Assembly (NCBI RefSeq): GCF_006345805.1
Contig: NC_043003.1
Location: 61,566,001 to 61,630,000 of the forward strand
DNA length: 64,000 nucleotides
Source of the DNA: Octopus sinensis
Taxonomy: Eukaryota
Direction: 5' to 3'
Shown one piece after another: positions 38,270-51,141 of this stretch. Numbering within the stretch: the stretch's first letter is position 1; each line of letters starts with the position of its first letter. Made by a program: the position numbers and the translations under genes. The notes under the pieces were generated by a model that saw only the letters and a list, made by a program, of their open reading frames with translations, made no database searches and had not been told where the DNA came from.

Positions 38270-39440
38270 TCTATTAGTGCAAAGAAACAATTTCTGTACA
38301 AGAACATTTAAATAAAGAAAATTTGTTCATTGACTTGAGATACCTGTCCTGCCTTGATTTTTGTTGTCCTTTCATCTCTAATAGAATATAAGTTAAAGTT
38401 AACTTAGCCAAGACTAAAGTTGTTGTTAGCAAGAAAGGAGATAAGACTCCCATTCTAGCTGGCAAATATCCCTGTTCAATATGTAGGAAAGGAGGGGGAT
38501 GTAATTCCATTTACTGCACCAAGTGTAAGCTATGGACACATAAGAGATGTAGTGGAATTGTGATAAGATTATCAGATAAAGTTGCTTTCGTGTGTGGCAG
38601 ATGCACAGGAACAGTAAGTATTAAGAGTATGAGGGACTTAACCCTTTTGTTACCAGCCTGGCTGAAACCGGCTCAGGCTCTGTTGTACAAATGTCTTGTT
38701 TTCATAAGGTTTTAATTAAAATCTTCTATCAAACCTTAGTCACAATTTATGTTCCTAACACTAGCTGAATGATAACTAAGTTATTTTGCTAAATTCTTCG
38801 TTATATTTAAAGTAATTGAAAGAAACACAGAGTATCTCAAAATAAATACAGTAATGAAAGGGTTAAACTTTTTCAAATGCCCAGGTGGCTCTCTTGAGGT
38901 AGTAGATAGTTTCTGCTATTCAGGTGACCAAATTAGCAATGGTGGTGGATGCTCTGAAAGTATTGTTTCTAGAATAAGAATAGGATGGAGGTAGTTCAGA
39001 GAACTACTACCTCTGTTGGCAGTAAAAGGACTCTCTCGCAGAGTGAAAGGTAGATTGTATGATGCTTGTGTGAGAATGGCTGTGTTACATGGTAGTGAGA
39101 CATGGGCTCTAACTGTGGAGAACATGCGTAAGCTGGAGGGGAATGAAGGTAGTATGCTCCATTGGATTTGCAACATCAGTGTGCATGAGAGACAAAGCAC
39201 AACTGTGTTGAGAGAAATGTTAGATTTAAGAGGGATTAAATGTGATGTGCTGGAGAGGAAAATGTGTTGGTTTGGACATGTGATGCGTATGAAGAAAGAC
39301 AGCTGTATAAAGAAGTGCCTGTCATTGAGAGCGGAAGAAGGAGACCCAGGAAAACATGAGATGAAGTGGTGAGACTGATCTTAGGATGTTAGGGTTCATG
39401 GAGGAAATGACAGGGGACTGAGATGTTTGGTGATATGAGG
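38270..39440 (+). mobile_element. Degenerate RTE LINE (related subfamily), split by a MITE
   Basis: VNLAKTKV, YPCSICRKG, RLYDACVRMAVLHGSETWAL, WFGHVMRM. Confidence 0.8.
38638..38866 (-). mobile_element. piggyBac-type MITE family A with duplicated TTAA
   Basis: gggacTTAA-cccttttgttacc...gtaatgaaaggg-TTAA-actttttc; the RTE continues across the site. Confidence 0.85.
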
Positions 39441-40309
39441 TTCCAGAGAAGACCTGTCCACAAAACTGAGTTGTGTCCTACCCACATGTAACAAACTTTT
39501 CAGCCACTCTACCCTAAGAAACTGAACTCATAGCTCCTCTTCTAACTGCATCTTTCTCTTCCTCACATTCCTCTTCATAAATTATCATTGTTTCCCAATC
39601 CCCTTTCTTGCCCTCACTGTCACGCTCACTGTATTGCTGCTCTCCAGACCTCCAACACCCACACCCTATTTTTCTACCCAGGTTTTATGCTCAGATCCTT
39701 CTTACTTGTGAGTATACCCTAGCACTAATCCATCTCTCTTCTGCTCTCTCTTACACTTTTGCTGTTTCCTGCTCTTCCTACTCTCTCTCTCTCTTTCTCT
39801 CATTTCCCTTTGGTCACTATCTCTCTCTTCTTGTTTTTCCTCTGACTAGGTAATTAAGTATCACCTTCACATCAGCACACTTGTTTCTAATCTTGCACAT
39901 CCAACAGAGCATACAAGCTTCATTCCTCTTCAGTCTTTGCATGTCCTCCACCTTCACGCCCAGCATCTCACTATCATGGAATACAGCTATTCATACACAA
40001 GCACCATACAATCTACCTTTCACTGTGAGAGAGAGGCCTTTTGTTGCCAAAAAATGTAAAAGCTTTCTGGCTGACACTTTGAAGTCACTGTCAAAAACAA
40101 TGATGATGATGATGATGATGATAAGTACATATCTATACACACATACACAAAATGCACACCTATATGACAGGCTTTTTTCAGTTTCTGTCTACCAAATTCA
40201 CTGAAAAGGCATTATTCAGATTGGAACTATAGTGCTGTACAGTGGGATTGAACTCAGAACTACATGGTCATAAAATGAACTTCAACACAATCATACATGC
40301 ACTTATATT

Positions 40310-40690
40310 CTTTTATTTGTTTCAGTCATTTGACTGCAGCCATGCTAAAGCACTGCCTTTTAGTCGAACAACTCGACCCCAAGATTTATTCTTTGTAAGC
40401 TTAGTACTTATTCTATTCACCACTTCTGCTGAACCACTAAGTTACAAGGACATAAACACACCAATAGCGGTTGTCAAACAATGGTGGGGTAAGAAGCAGA
40501 CACACACACACACACACACATATACAATGGGCTTCTTTCAGTTTTCGTCTACCGAATCCACTCACAAGGCTTTGGTTAGTCTGAGGCTATAGTAGAAGAC
40601 ACTTGCCCAAGGTGCCACACAGTAGGACTGAACCCAGAACTATGTGGTTAGTAAGCAAGCTACTTACCATGCAGCCACTCCTGCACCTAT
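40310..40690 (-). mobile_element. SINE family A
   Basis: Co-linear with 42932-43350. Confidence 0.8.
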
Positions 40691-41468
40691 ATGTATATTA
40701 TTTTGTTATAAATATTCACAAATCTGATTCTGCATAATATATATACATATATATATACAAAAAAAAACAATAGTTAAATCAGTGTTAATATATTATAGAA
40801 AAGGAGCAGCTTATACGCCAACTGGAAATAATTAGAAGGGAAAGAAAAAAAAATCAATGTTATTTATATTATTTTGATTCTTTTGCCAAGAATAGGAGAC
40901 AACTTTGGACAGGTTTCATTCTTATATTATGACCATCTTTGGTGAAGCATATATATGAAAAGTAGGTTAGGTACCACTCATTTCATGCTTCAGTGGTTAG
41001 TAGTAATAAGATTAGTCAGCTGTAAAATCAACTGCATCAACATTATGTAAATTACCAAATTTCATAAAACCATCCGATTAATGTTAACAGAAAAAAAAAA
41101 TGAATGTAAAATAGTTTTAAAAGAAGGCAAATTTTATTATTCAAGTTAAGCACTCACTACACACACACACACACATACAGAGTCAAGCAATTTATTTGCT
41201 ATAAAATCTCTATGCAGCTACTTGATGTGTAAGAAGTAGCAGCTAAGTCTTCTTCAAAACACACCCTGTTGTCTTAAAAACAGAAAAAACACTGGATACG
41301 GTTCTTTTATATACACTGGTTAATAATGGCTGTTTTTCTATACACTATGTATAGAACAAAGGTGGGATGATTATAGTAGGAATGTTTTTGATCAGAGCTG
41401 ACTTGGGTTAAACGACAACAACATTAACAAGAGCAATCCGTTAGAAAATTAATTTAAGTTTTAATTAC

Positions 41469-41662
41469 CTCCAATTCAAAAGATTGAGCAATGAATTTCT
41501 TAACAGTTTCTCTTTTTTTCGTTGTCACTAAGTCATATTTTACTTCCACTGGAACGAGATTATTTTGAGTTTTGAAAAAGTTGTTCCATTCTTTACAAAC
41601 TCTCTGAGCCAGTTGTCTAACTTTAGTATCTTTGTGGCAGCGTAACCGTTTAACTATGCGAC
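41469..41662 (-). CDS. TCEANC2: Internal coding exon (194 bp, phase 1 to phase 0) of a TCEANC2 orthologue; covers the end of the TFIIS N-terminal domain and the linker
   Basis: Acceptor tctctatttcgacAG and donor gag|GTaatt flank an open frame (G)RIVKRLRCHKDTKVRQLAQRVCKEWNNFFKTQNNLVPVEVKYDLVTTKKRETVKKFIAQSFELE. It aligns without gaps to my recollection of human TCEANC2 [29 protein letters not shown]...SIEVRSD...ALELK (65 residues each). Confidence 0.85.
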
Positions 41663-42443
41663 CTGTCGAAATAGAGATCGAAATTCTTTTGATAGTTCTT
41701 TTGAAAGCCTTTTTTAAAACAAAACAGATAAAAAAAAAAATTAAAAAGAAAGAAGAAACAAGGAAAATAAAAAGATAAAATAAAATAAAATTAGTCTCTA
41801 TTTTATTTTTTTTACAAAAAATTTAGCCTCATATCACGCACATGAAAAAAGATAAGGAAAATAATGTAAAATAATATAACTTAAAGAAGAACTGAAAATT
41901 TTTAAAAAATACGATAATAAAACTCTATCAACAACAACAACAACAACAATAATAATTATCAATATAATAATAATTACATTGAGCATGATTGGATCTCAAA
42001 TAAATAATAACAATAACAGTAACCACAATCAGCACAATGTGTGGGTTTAGCAATGAGCTAGTATGCTGATCCTGTTCATTTCTTCTATTGATAGTGTCAA
42101 AAATATGTAAATTAGTTCATATTTAAAAAGGAAAAATGGAATAGTGTTCTAAATACAAACCCCTATCATGTACACACGCAATGCACATTAGTTTGGTGTT
42201 GCTACTTGTTTGAACTGCACCAGTTATTTTGCTGGAATTATGAACAATTCAATAAATTTGAAAGACACAGAATATTAATATTATTAACAAAAGAGAAGCA
42301 AAGATGACGAACAAGGATTGCTTCCAGAATATTAGAATATGATGGAACCAGCAGAACTAGAAGGTACAAATATGCTAATAATAAAAAAAAAAAGTAAAGA
42401 CAAAATTTAATTATCAAATTTACACTGTCTTAGCAAAACATGT

Positions 42444-42672
42444 TTAACCCTTTTGATACCAATTTGCCTATGATGGCCCCTGGTTCTATGGTACAAACTT
42501 CCTGTTTTAAGTTGTCAAAATTAAAACCTTCTCTCAAAATTTCCTGTCAATTTATGCTGCAAATACTGAAGTTAATAATGGCAAAGTTATTTTATTAAAT
42601 TCTTCATTTTTTCAAAATTAATTGAAACCAAAATAGTGTACCTCAACAAAAATATGGTAACAAAAAGGTTAA
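42444..42672. mobile_element. piggyBac-type MITE family C
   Basis: TTAA-cccttttgatacc...ggtaacaaaaagg-TTAA. Confidence 0.75.
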
Positions 42673-42931
42673 CCAACACTAAAGTGTTCATATTTAATAC
42701 ACTGTCTGTACTTAAGTATCTAATTTAAATTAGAATCCCAATCAGAACTCCATCATAACCATGACTGATGCCATGAGATTTCAACACCAGCATGATATAC
42801 TAATGTATAAAGTTTGAAATATTGGCCAACACTAGTAAAGTATACAACTGTACAATAGATATCCTGAAAGGGATGCAAAATAGGCATAACTTCTTTTTAT
42901 TAACTAAGATAGGTCATCCATATTACATATT

Positions 42932-43350
42932 CTTACTCTTTTACTCTTTTACTTGTTTCAGTCATTTGACTGCGGCCATGCTGGAGCACCGCCTTTAATC
43001 GAGCAACTCAACCCCAGGACTTATTCTTTTGTAAGCCCAGTACTTATTCTATTGGTCTCTTTTGCCGAACCGCTAAGTAACGGGGACATAAACACACCAG
43101 CATTGGTTGTCAAGCAATGCTAGGGGGACAAACATAGACACACAAACACACACATGCATATATATATATATATATACACATATATACGATGGGCTTCTTT
43201 CAGTTTCCATCTACCAAATCCACTCACAAGACTTTGGTCGGCCCGAGGCTATAGTAGATGACACTTGCCCAAGGTGCCACGCAGTGGGACTGAACCCGGA
43301 ACCATGTGGTTGGTAAACAAGCTACTTACCACACAGCCACTCCTGCGCCT
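42932..43350 (-). mobile_element. SINE family A, the least decayed copy
   Basis: Retains many CpGs; complete head and tail with (CTCTTTTA)n end repeats. Confidence 0.9.
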
Positions 43351-43439
43351 TTATATGTTTATAAAGTAACTCTTCTTTCTGGTCTTCTTCATTGCAAGCC
43401 AATAATGGGTTCCAAATAGAAACAACTTGCCATTACTGA

Positions 43440-43995
43440 GTTCTTGACAAAGGAAGAGGAGTGCAAGAAGTTCTTAAAAAAGCTGACATGGGGAAGCAGC
43501 TGAATTCTCAGAAAATGTTGCTTCAACAACACTAAGGCAGGATATAGTGCTGATCTCAGAAGTGTCCAAGCAAGTAGTTCTGTTGGAATTCTCCATTTCT
43601 TGGGAGTATTGCATCAAGGGGACAAATTAGAGTACGAGGAGGAAACATACTGAGCTGGTAGGGTTATATCAAAGGAATGGGTGGTAAGCAAGATGTGACC
43701 CCCTTTCAAGTAGAATGTAGTGGGTTTGCAAGCCAGTCCTTTGCCAGAGCTTACGACATGCTTGGCATGACGGGGGCCCAGTAAGCAAAAGGCCATCAGG
43801 TTGGCTGCACATGCAGCAGAGGATGTCTCAAGATGGTTGTGAATCACGAGGTGCAAGCCTTAGAAGGAGCAGTGCTAACTGGACATATACTGGGACTTGA
43901 AGAACCTTGGCTGAGTTACCTGGGTGATGTTGAAAGACCTCATGACCCAGAAAACACCACTGATGGTGTGTTCGGGTGTGTCACAGGATCATTTA
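43440..43995 (+). mobile_element. HERO-type (R2-group, restriction-like endonuclease) retrotransposon 3' end
   Basis: TLRQDIVLISEVSKQVVLLEFSISWE...RKHTELV...GW.ARC...VECSGFASQS..RAYDMLGMTG...KAIRLAAHAAEDVSRWL matches the recalled HERO C-terminus (RPDIV, KQVVLLELTVPWEE, VEVGCRGF, AEKASRWLW). Contains stops and frameshifts. Confidence 0.75.
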
Positions 43996-44092
43996 AGGAA
44001 GAACTGTGTTTCTCACACAGAAGAGTGCTTAATTCCTGCTTTTCAGCCTGAAACAGCTACACTATTTGATTTGCAGCAATGTGCAGCTCAGA

Positions 44093-44317
44093 ATACTCCT
44101 TAGTATTCAGATTGCTCTGTCAAACGTAATACTTATTTATTCACATTGTTTTGAATTAATCTTGCATTACCTTGTAGCTTTGTGATTTGTATGATCTGCA
44201 TGTTATTTTTAGATTGTCATAGCAGTATGGGTATGAGAGGCTGGATCTGACCTGTTTGAACTTAAAACAGGTAGAAAATTTTGGCTGGGTAGGCCAGTTT
44301 AAATGCTAAAGGGTTAA
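44093..44317 (+). mobile_element. piggyBac-type MITE family B
   Basis: Ends aaatgctaaaggg-TTAA; matches 2438-3052. Confidence 0.7.
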
Positions 44318-46493
44318 GAGTTAATCAAGACATGTGACCTCCATGGTTACAACAACTAAATTATTGTTAACAGATTTAATGTACTGAGCATTAAAAGCTA
44401 TTGGAAATGCATAGTAAGCAAAATGCAGCAAATATTAGCTCATTAATCAATATCATTTTAATAATTTTAACAAGTGGGGGAGACAGCTACAGTGATATGA
44501 AGTGAAGTCTGTGTTACTTAGCTGAGGAGGTCTAATCCAGAGTTTTAAGCACTTATTTGGTCACATATAGACAGATACCTTTTGACTTTGCCACTTTTGA
44601 CCCAGTGGAGCATCCAGGATGTAATGAGAGGGCAGTACCAGCAGTAGGTTGGTACTTAGTTTTCAGTAAAGAGCACTGGAACAATGTAAAATGAAGTGCC
44701 TTACTCAATGACACAATATACAGTCCAGTCTGGGAATTGAAACCACAACCTTTATAATCATGAGCATAATATCCTAATTGCTAGGTCACTTACACAAACA
44801 CATATCTACACAGCCATATACATATAAGTGCAAGCATGGCTGTGTGGTTAAGAAGTTTGTTTCCCAACCACATGGTTCCAGGTTCAGTCTTACGGCATGG
44901 TACCTTAGCAATGTATTCTGCTATAGCTTTGGGCTAACCAAAATCTTGTCACTTGATTTATAGACAGAAACTGAAAGAAGCCCCTGTATAGGTGTGTGTG
45001 TGTGTATGTGTGTGAGTGACTGGTTTTATATTTCTGTCTAGACATGTGTTTCATGTTGTGGTTGTAAACAATAGCTCTGCTATGGTGTCATTTGCTTGCA
45101 ACCCACTGAGAAACCATGCTTGGGCTTTTCTGATACAGCTTGACATGTAATGTTGTTTTTCTAAGCAAAAGGCTTATTTTAGCATTGTTTGTTTTCAGTT
45201 CTCTACGTTAGCATGTCTGGGCTGTCTGTTGTTTGATAGACTGGTAGATTATTACTTTTCTAGGGAGCAGATTGCAGCTGGCAGCAGGAAGAGCATCTAG
45301 TCATGGAAAAGTCTGGCCCAACATACTCCCATCTGAGCCATGAAAGCATGGAAAAGTAGACATTAAAGTGACGATTCAATATATATAGAGAGGGGGGGGA
45401 GAGAGAAAGAGAGAGAGAGAGAGAGGTGTGGCTGTGTGGTGAGAAGTTTGCTTCACAGCCACATGATCCTGGGTTCAATCCCCCTATGTAGCACCATGGG
45501 CAAATGCTTTCTGCTACAGCCTCAGGCTACCCAAAGTCTTGTGAATGGATTTGATAGACAAAAATGTGAAAAGAGTCAATCACACACACACAAAATCATC
45601 ATCATCATCATCAACATCATCGTTTAACGTCCGTTTTCCATGCTGGCATGGGTTGGACGGCTTTACAGGAGCTGGAAAGCTGGAGAGCTGGACCAGATTC
45701 CAGTATATTTTGGCATAGTTTCTACAGTTGAATGTCCTTCCTAATACCAAATACTTTACTGAGTTCTAGATGCACGACCATGGGTGCTTTTCATGTGGCA
45801 CTGGCCCAGGTGCTTCTTATGTGGCACCGTTGTGTTTTAAGTCAACCAGCATGGGTGCTTTATACACAGTACCAGTGTGAGGGTAACATACATATATGTG
45901 GGTGTGTGTACATTTATGTATGCATGTATGTGTGTGTATTATTATGTGTGCCTTGACATTGTGTGACAGTTGAAAATGAATGTCTTCCTCATACAAGTGG
46001 TATTCTTCATTCTAAATCTTCCATGAAAATACATGCCTGGATACAGGAAAATATCACTTTGCTAAGAAATAAGCAAGGGTTGGTAACATGAAAGTCATCC
46101 AGCCATAGAAAATCCACCTCAACTAAATTCCAACCAACCCATGCCAGCAAGGAAAAGTAGATGTTAAAGTGATCATGATACATATACATACATATATATA
46201 TAATTAGGGTTAAGCAAAAAAATTGTTTTACCACACACCGAACTTTTAGAAATAGCAGCCAAAGAATTTAGCTATTTCCACTACTAAAACATACTGAACA
46301 CTGCTTGGTAAAATTATTAATTACAAATTAATTAATTAATTTTACCCTTATTATTATTGACTATATATATATATATACTTGGGAAAGGATGCATGGCATT
46401 TGATCATATAATAATATAATTAATATATAAATATATGCATATATACATACATTTATGTAAATACATAGAGAGACTTAGTAATTTTAATATTTC

Positions 46494-46530
<37 letters not shown>

Positions 46531-46534
<4 letters not shown>

Positions 46535-47722
46535 CAAAGGAAGGTTAACTGGGAAGATAGTTTTTGTGTGTGGCAGATACACAAGTGCAAAATATACTGA
46601 AGATGTGCAGAAAACAGCTGCTATCACATGCCAGGGGGAAAAACTAGAAGTGGCTGATAGCTTCCATTAACTTGGTGACCAAGTCAGTAGCAGGGGTGGA
46701 TGCTCTGAGAGCATAGCTGCTAGAATAAGAATAGACTGGGCAAAGTTCAGAGAGCTCTTACCCCTGTTGGTAACAAAGGGCCTCTCGATCAGAATGAAAG
46801 GTAGACTGTATGACGCATGTGTGCGAACAGCCATGCTTCATGGCAGTGAAACATGGGCTATGACTGATGAAGACATGTAAACTTGAAAGAAACGAAGCTA
46901 GTATGCTCCACAGGATGTGCCATGTCAGTGTGCATGCACAACAGAGTGTAAGTGGCCTGAGAGAAAAGTTGGACATAAGAAGCATCAGGTGTGGTGTGCA
47001 AGAGAGATGACTACACTGGTATGGTCATGTGTTATGTATTAATGAGGACAGCTGTGGTGAAGAAGTGTCACACCCTAACAGTGGAGGGAACCTGTGGATG
47101 AGGTAGACCCAGGAAGAGCTGGGATGAGGTGGTGAAGCATGACCTTCGAATGTTGGGCTTCACAGAGGCAATGACAAGCGACCAAGACCTTTGGAGGTAT
47201 GCTGTGCTTGAGAAGACCCGACAAAACAAGTGAGATCGTAGCCATGGCCTATGCTAGTGTTGCATAACTGGCCCATTTAAAAGTACCCTTCAATCATCAG
47301 GCAATATGCTGTATTTGAAAAGACCTGTTGAGTCAAGTGAAATCATTGTCATGGCTAATGCCAGTACTGCCTGACTAGTACTTGTGCTGGTGGCAGGTAA
47401 AAAGCACCATTCATGTGTAGTCAATGCCAGTGCCACAGGACTGGCTCCCGTGCCGGTAGCACGGAAAAATCACCATATGAGCATGGATGATGCTAGCACT
47501 GCCTGACTGGCCCACATGCTGGTGACATGTGAAAAACACTCACTACACTCTTGGAGTGGCTGGCATTAGGAAGGGCATATAGCTGTAGAAACCTTACCAG
47601 ATCAAACTGGAGCCTGACGCAGCCTTCTGGTTGCCACTCCTCAGTCAAACGATGATGATGAAGGTATATTATATATATATATATATCTATAGACACACAC
47701 ACGCACACACACACACACACAT

Positions 47723-47760
<38 letters not shown>

Positions 47761-48959
47761 GATCAAAGGAAGGTTAACTGGAAGATAGTTTTTGTGTGTG
47801 GCAGATACACAAGTGCAAAATATACTGAAGATGTCAGAAAACAGCTGCTATCACATGCCAGGGGGAAAAACTAGAAGTGGCTGATAGCTTCCATTAACTT
47901 GGTGACCAAGTCAGTAGCAGGGGTGGATGCTCTGAGAGCATAGCTGCTAGAATAAGAATAGACTGGGCAAAGTTCAGAGAGCTCTTACCCCTGTTGGTAA
48001 CAAAGGGCCTCTCGATCAGAATGAAAGGTAGACTGTATGACGCATGTGTGCGAACAGCCATGCTTCATGGCAGTGAAACATGGGCTATGACTGATGAAGA
48101 CATGTAAACTTGAAAGAAACGAAGCTAGTATGCTCACAGGATGTGCCATGTCAGTGTGCATGCACACAGAGTGTAAGTGGCCTGAGAGAAAAGTTGGACA
48201 TAAGAAGCATCAGGTGTGGTGTGCAAGAGAGATGACTACACTGGTATGGTCATGTGTTATGTATTAATGAGGACAGCTGTGGTGAAGAAGTGTCACACCC
48301 TAACAGTGGAGGGAACCTGTGGATGAGGTAGACCCAGGAAGAGCTGGGATGAGGTGGTGAAGCATGACCTTCGAATGTTGGGCTTCACAGAGGCAATGAC
48401 AAGCGACCAAGACCTTTGGAGGTATGCTGTGCTTGAGAAGACCCGACAAAACAAGTGAGATCGTAGCCATGGCCTATGCTAGTGTTGCATAACTGGCCCA
48501 TTTAAAAGTACCCTTCAATCATCAGGCAATATGCTGTATTTGAAAAGACCTGTTGAGTCAAGTGAAATCATTGTCATGGCTAATGCCAGTACTGCCTGAC
48601 TAGTACTTGTGCTGGTGGCAGGTAAAAAGCACCATTCATGTGTAGTCAATGCCAGTGCCACAGGACTGGCTCCCGTGCCGGTGGCATGGAAAAAGCACCA
48701 TATGAGCATGGATGATGCTAGCACTGCCTGACTGGCCCACATGCTGGTGACATGTGAAAAACACTCACTACACTCTTGGAGTGGCTGGCATTAGGAAGGG
48801 CATATAGCTGTAGAAACCTTACCAGTTCAAACTGGAGCCTGACGCAGCCTTCTGGTTGCCACTCCTCAATCAAACAATGATGATGATGAAGGTATATTAT
48901 ATATATATCTATAGACACACACACGCACACACACACACACACACATTATATATATATAT

Positions 48960-48975
<16 letters not shown>
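46531..48975 (+). repeat. Near-identical tandem duplication, period ~1229 bp (46531-47759 and 47760-48975), each unit an RTE 3' fragment bounded by (TA)n
   Basis: Both units begin tgatcaaaggaaggttaactg. They differ by a few single-base indels and substitutions. Confidence 0.92.
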
Positions 48976-49013
<38 letters not shown>

Positions 49014-49019
49014 GAGAGA

Positions 49020-49059
<40 letters not shown>

Positions 49060-49099
49060 ACCATCAAAATAAGAAGGAAAACAATTTTCTTAAAATTCC

Positions 49100-50250
49100 A
49101 TTAAATTAGAATATGAAGGAACTGTTGGTGGTATTATCCTGTTGTGATAATAAAAAAAAATATGACGAGCTAGTTAGAAATCAAAGAAATTTACTTTGCT
49201 ATATTTATAACAAACTTTTGTTTCGTGAAGATACAAACTTTTGTTTTAAAATTGTTAACTCTGCTACATTTTCAAAGAATCAAATTATTTTCAGTTTCAA
49301 AAAACACTATTTGACAACTTCCTTTTCATATTCATTCATCAATAATTGCTTATCTAAACTGAATCTTAGTTTCTTAGATAACTGGATTATTTTCTCTTCA
49401 TTGAATTACAATGAAGAAAGATTCACTTACAGAAAGCTATATATCTTCCCAAAGTGAAGTAATTTTTTGTCATTAGTATTACTCCATTTTTGATAAAGCA
49501 ATTTACTTCAACAAACTTCTCTCACACCTCCTAACAAAAGTGAGCAGAAAAAAAAAATGTATTTTGGTAAATTTATAAGCTATTTTTACATTGAATTCAA
49601 TTGTTTTTCTTCCTGTTTTATCAAATATGACTATTTTATTTCCTGGAAGATAATTCATTTAAAGCAAACATCATGTGAAAATTAAATAACTAGATAACAC
49701 TGCACCGGAATAGTGAGACAACATTAAAAAAACAGAAAATCATGATGCAATGCTATTATAAAGAATTATACTGCTTATTTCAGATTGAGATTGCAAGCAT
49801 TAAATCTCATTTTAAAGATTTCAATAGGAATAAAATTTGTTTATAAAATTTATACCTAATTCAGTGACAAAGTTTGCAAACTGTTTTTCTATCCTTAACT
49901 ACCATATTGGGCAAAGTTGTGTAGATAGGTATCATAGTAAGAGATCGGGATTAGAAGAGATTTTACAGGCTTAAAATATCTTTTAATGAAAGATTTGTTA
50001 ACTATTCTACTTAAAAGTATACTTGTAACTGCTATCACAAGAAAGTTCAGTGCAACATAATTATCGCTAATGATCAATCAAATTTATCTGTTTGGCATGA
50101 GAAAAGCTCTTGTTTCCTTACTTGAAACAAGATTATTTATTTTCTATTTATGGATTCCAGGAGAGCAAAACGTATTTTAGTTCTTAGGGCTTATTATCAT
50201 TTCAGATATGAAAGCAATGTTGGCTCCTTTGAAAGATTTAAGTAGGAAAA
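49100..50250 (+). mobile_element. Possible highly degenerate hAT transposase remnant
   Basis: Weak resemblance only: ILVTAITRKFSAT compared with the hAT dimerisation motif PVTxAxAERSFS, plus track ORF 49113-49457. Confidence 0.25.
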
Positions 50251-50433
50251 AGAAGAAGAAAAAAATGTTTATATGATAATTGCATGACTACGTGGGTAAG
50301 AAACTTGCTTTGCAACCAGGTGGTTTTGGGTTCAGTTCTACAGTGAAGTACCATGTCAGGTATCTATTTAGCCCTGGGTCATTCAATGTCTTGTGAGTGA
50401 ATTTGATAGAGGGAAACTGTCTGGAATTTCTTC

Positions 50434-50467
<34 letters not shown>

Positions 50468-51090
50468 TGTGTATCATCATCATCATCATTTAATGCTCAT
50501 TTTCTATGTATACCTGTGTGTCTTTATGTCTCTCTCCACTGCCACTGTCTGACAACTGCTGTTGGTTTGTTCATGTCCTAATAACTTTGGGCTTAGGCAT
50601 AAGAGACCAGTAGAATAAGGTATTAGACTTAATAAAAACATTTATGTACTGGAGTTGTGTTTGACTAAAACATCTTCAAGGTGATGCTCCAGCATGGCCA
50701 CAGTCCACACAGTTGACTGAAACAAGTAAAACTTCAAAGATAAAAGATTTGGGATATAAATATTTTATAGTTTTTATCTTTTACTTGTTTCAGTCATCGA
50801 CTGTGGCCATGCTGGGGTACCACCTTAAGGGATTTTTCATCAAATAGATCAACCCCTGTACTTAATTTTTTAAAGCTTGATACTTTCTCTACCAGTCTCT
50901 ATTGCTGAAATACTAAGTTACAGAGGCGTAAACACTAAGTGTTGGTGGGGTCCAAACATCAACACAAAGATACATACACAGGTGTCAAAACCACAATGAC
51001 ATCCGTGGGGCAGCTGATGATGGAGGTATGTTGGATTGTTGGTATAGCTGTTTTTGTATATGTGGAAAAGTATCATAACACATACTTTTG

Positions 51091-51141
<51 letters not shown>

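Noticed and set aside
41663-41710. Alternative upstream in-frame acceptor extending the TCEANC2 exon (AFKRTIKRISISIST)
   Set aside because: The extra residues do not resemble the homologous segment, and phase 1 at the Gly fits the downstream acceptor.
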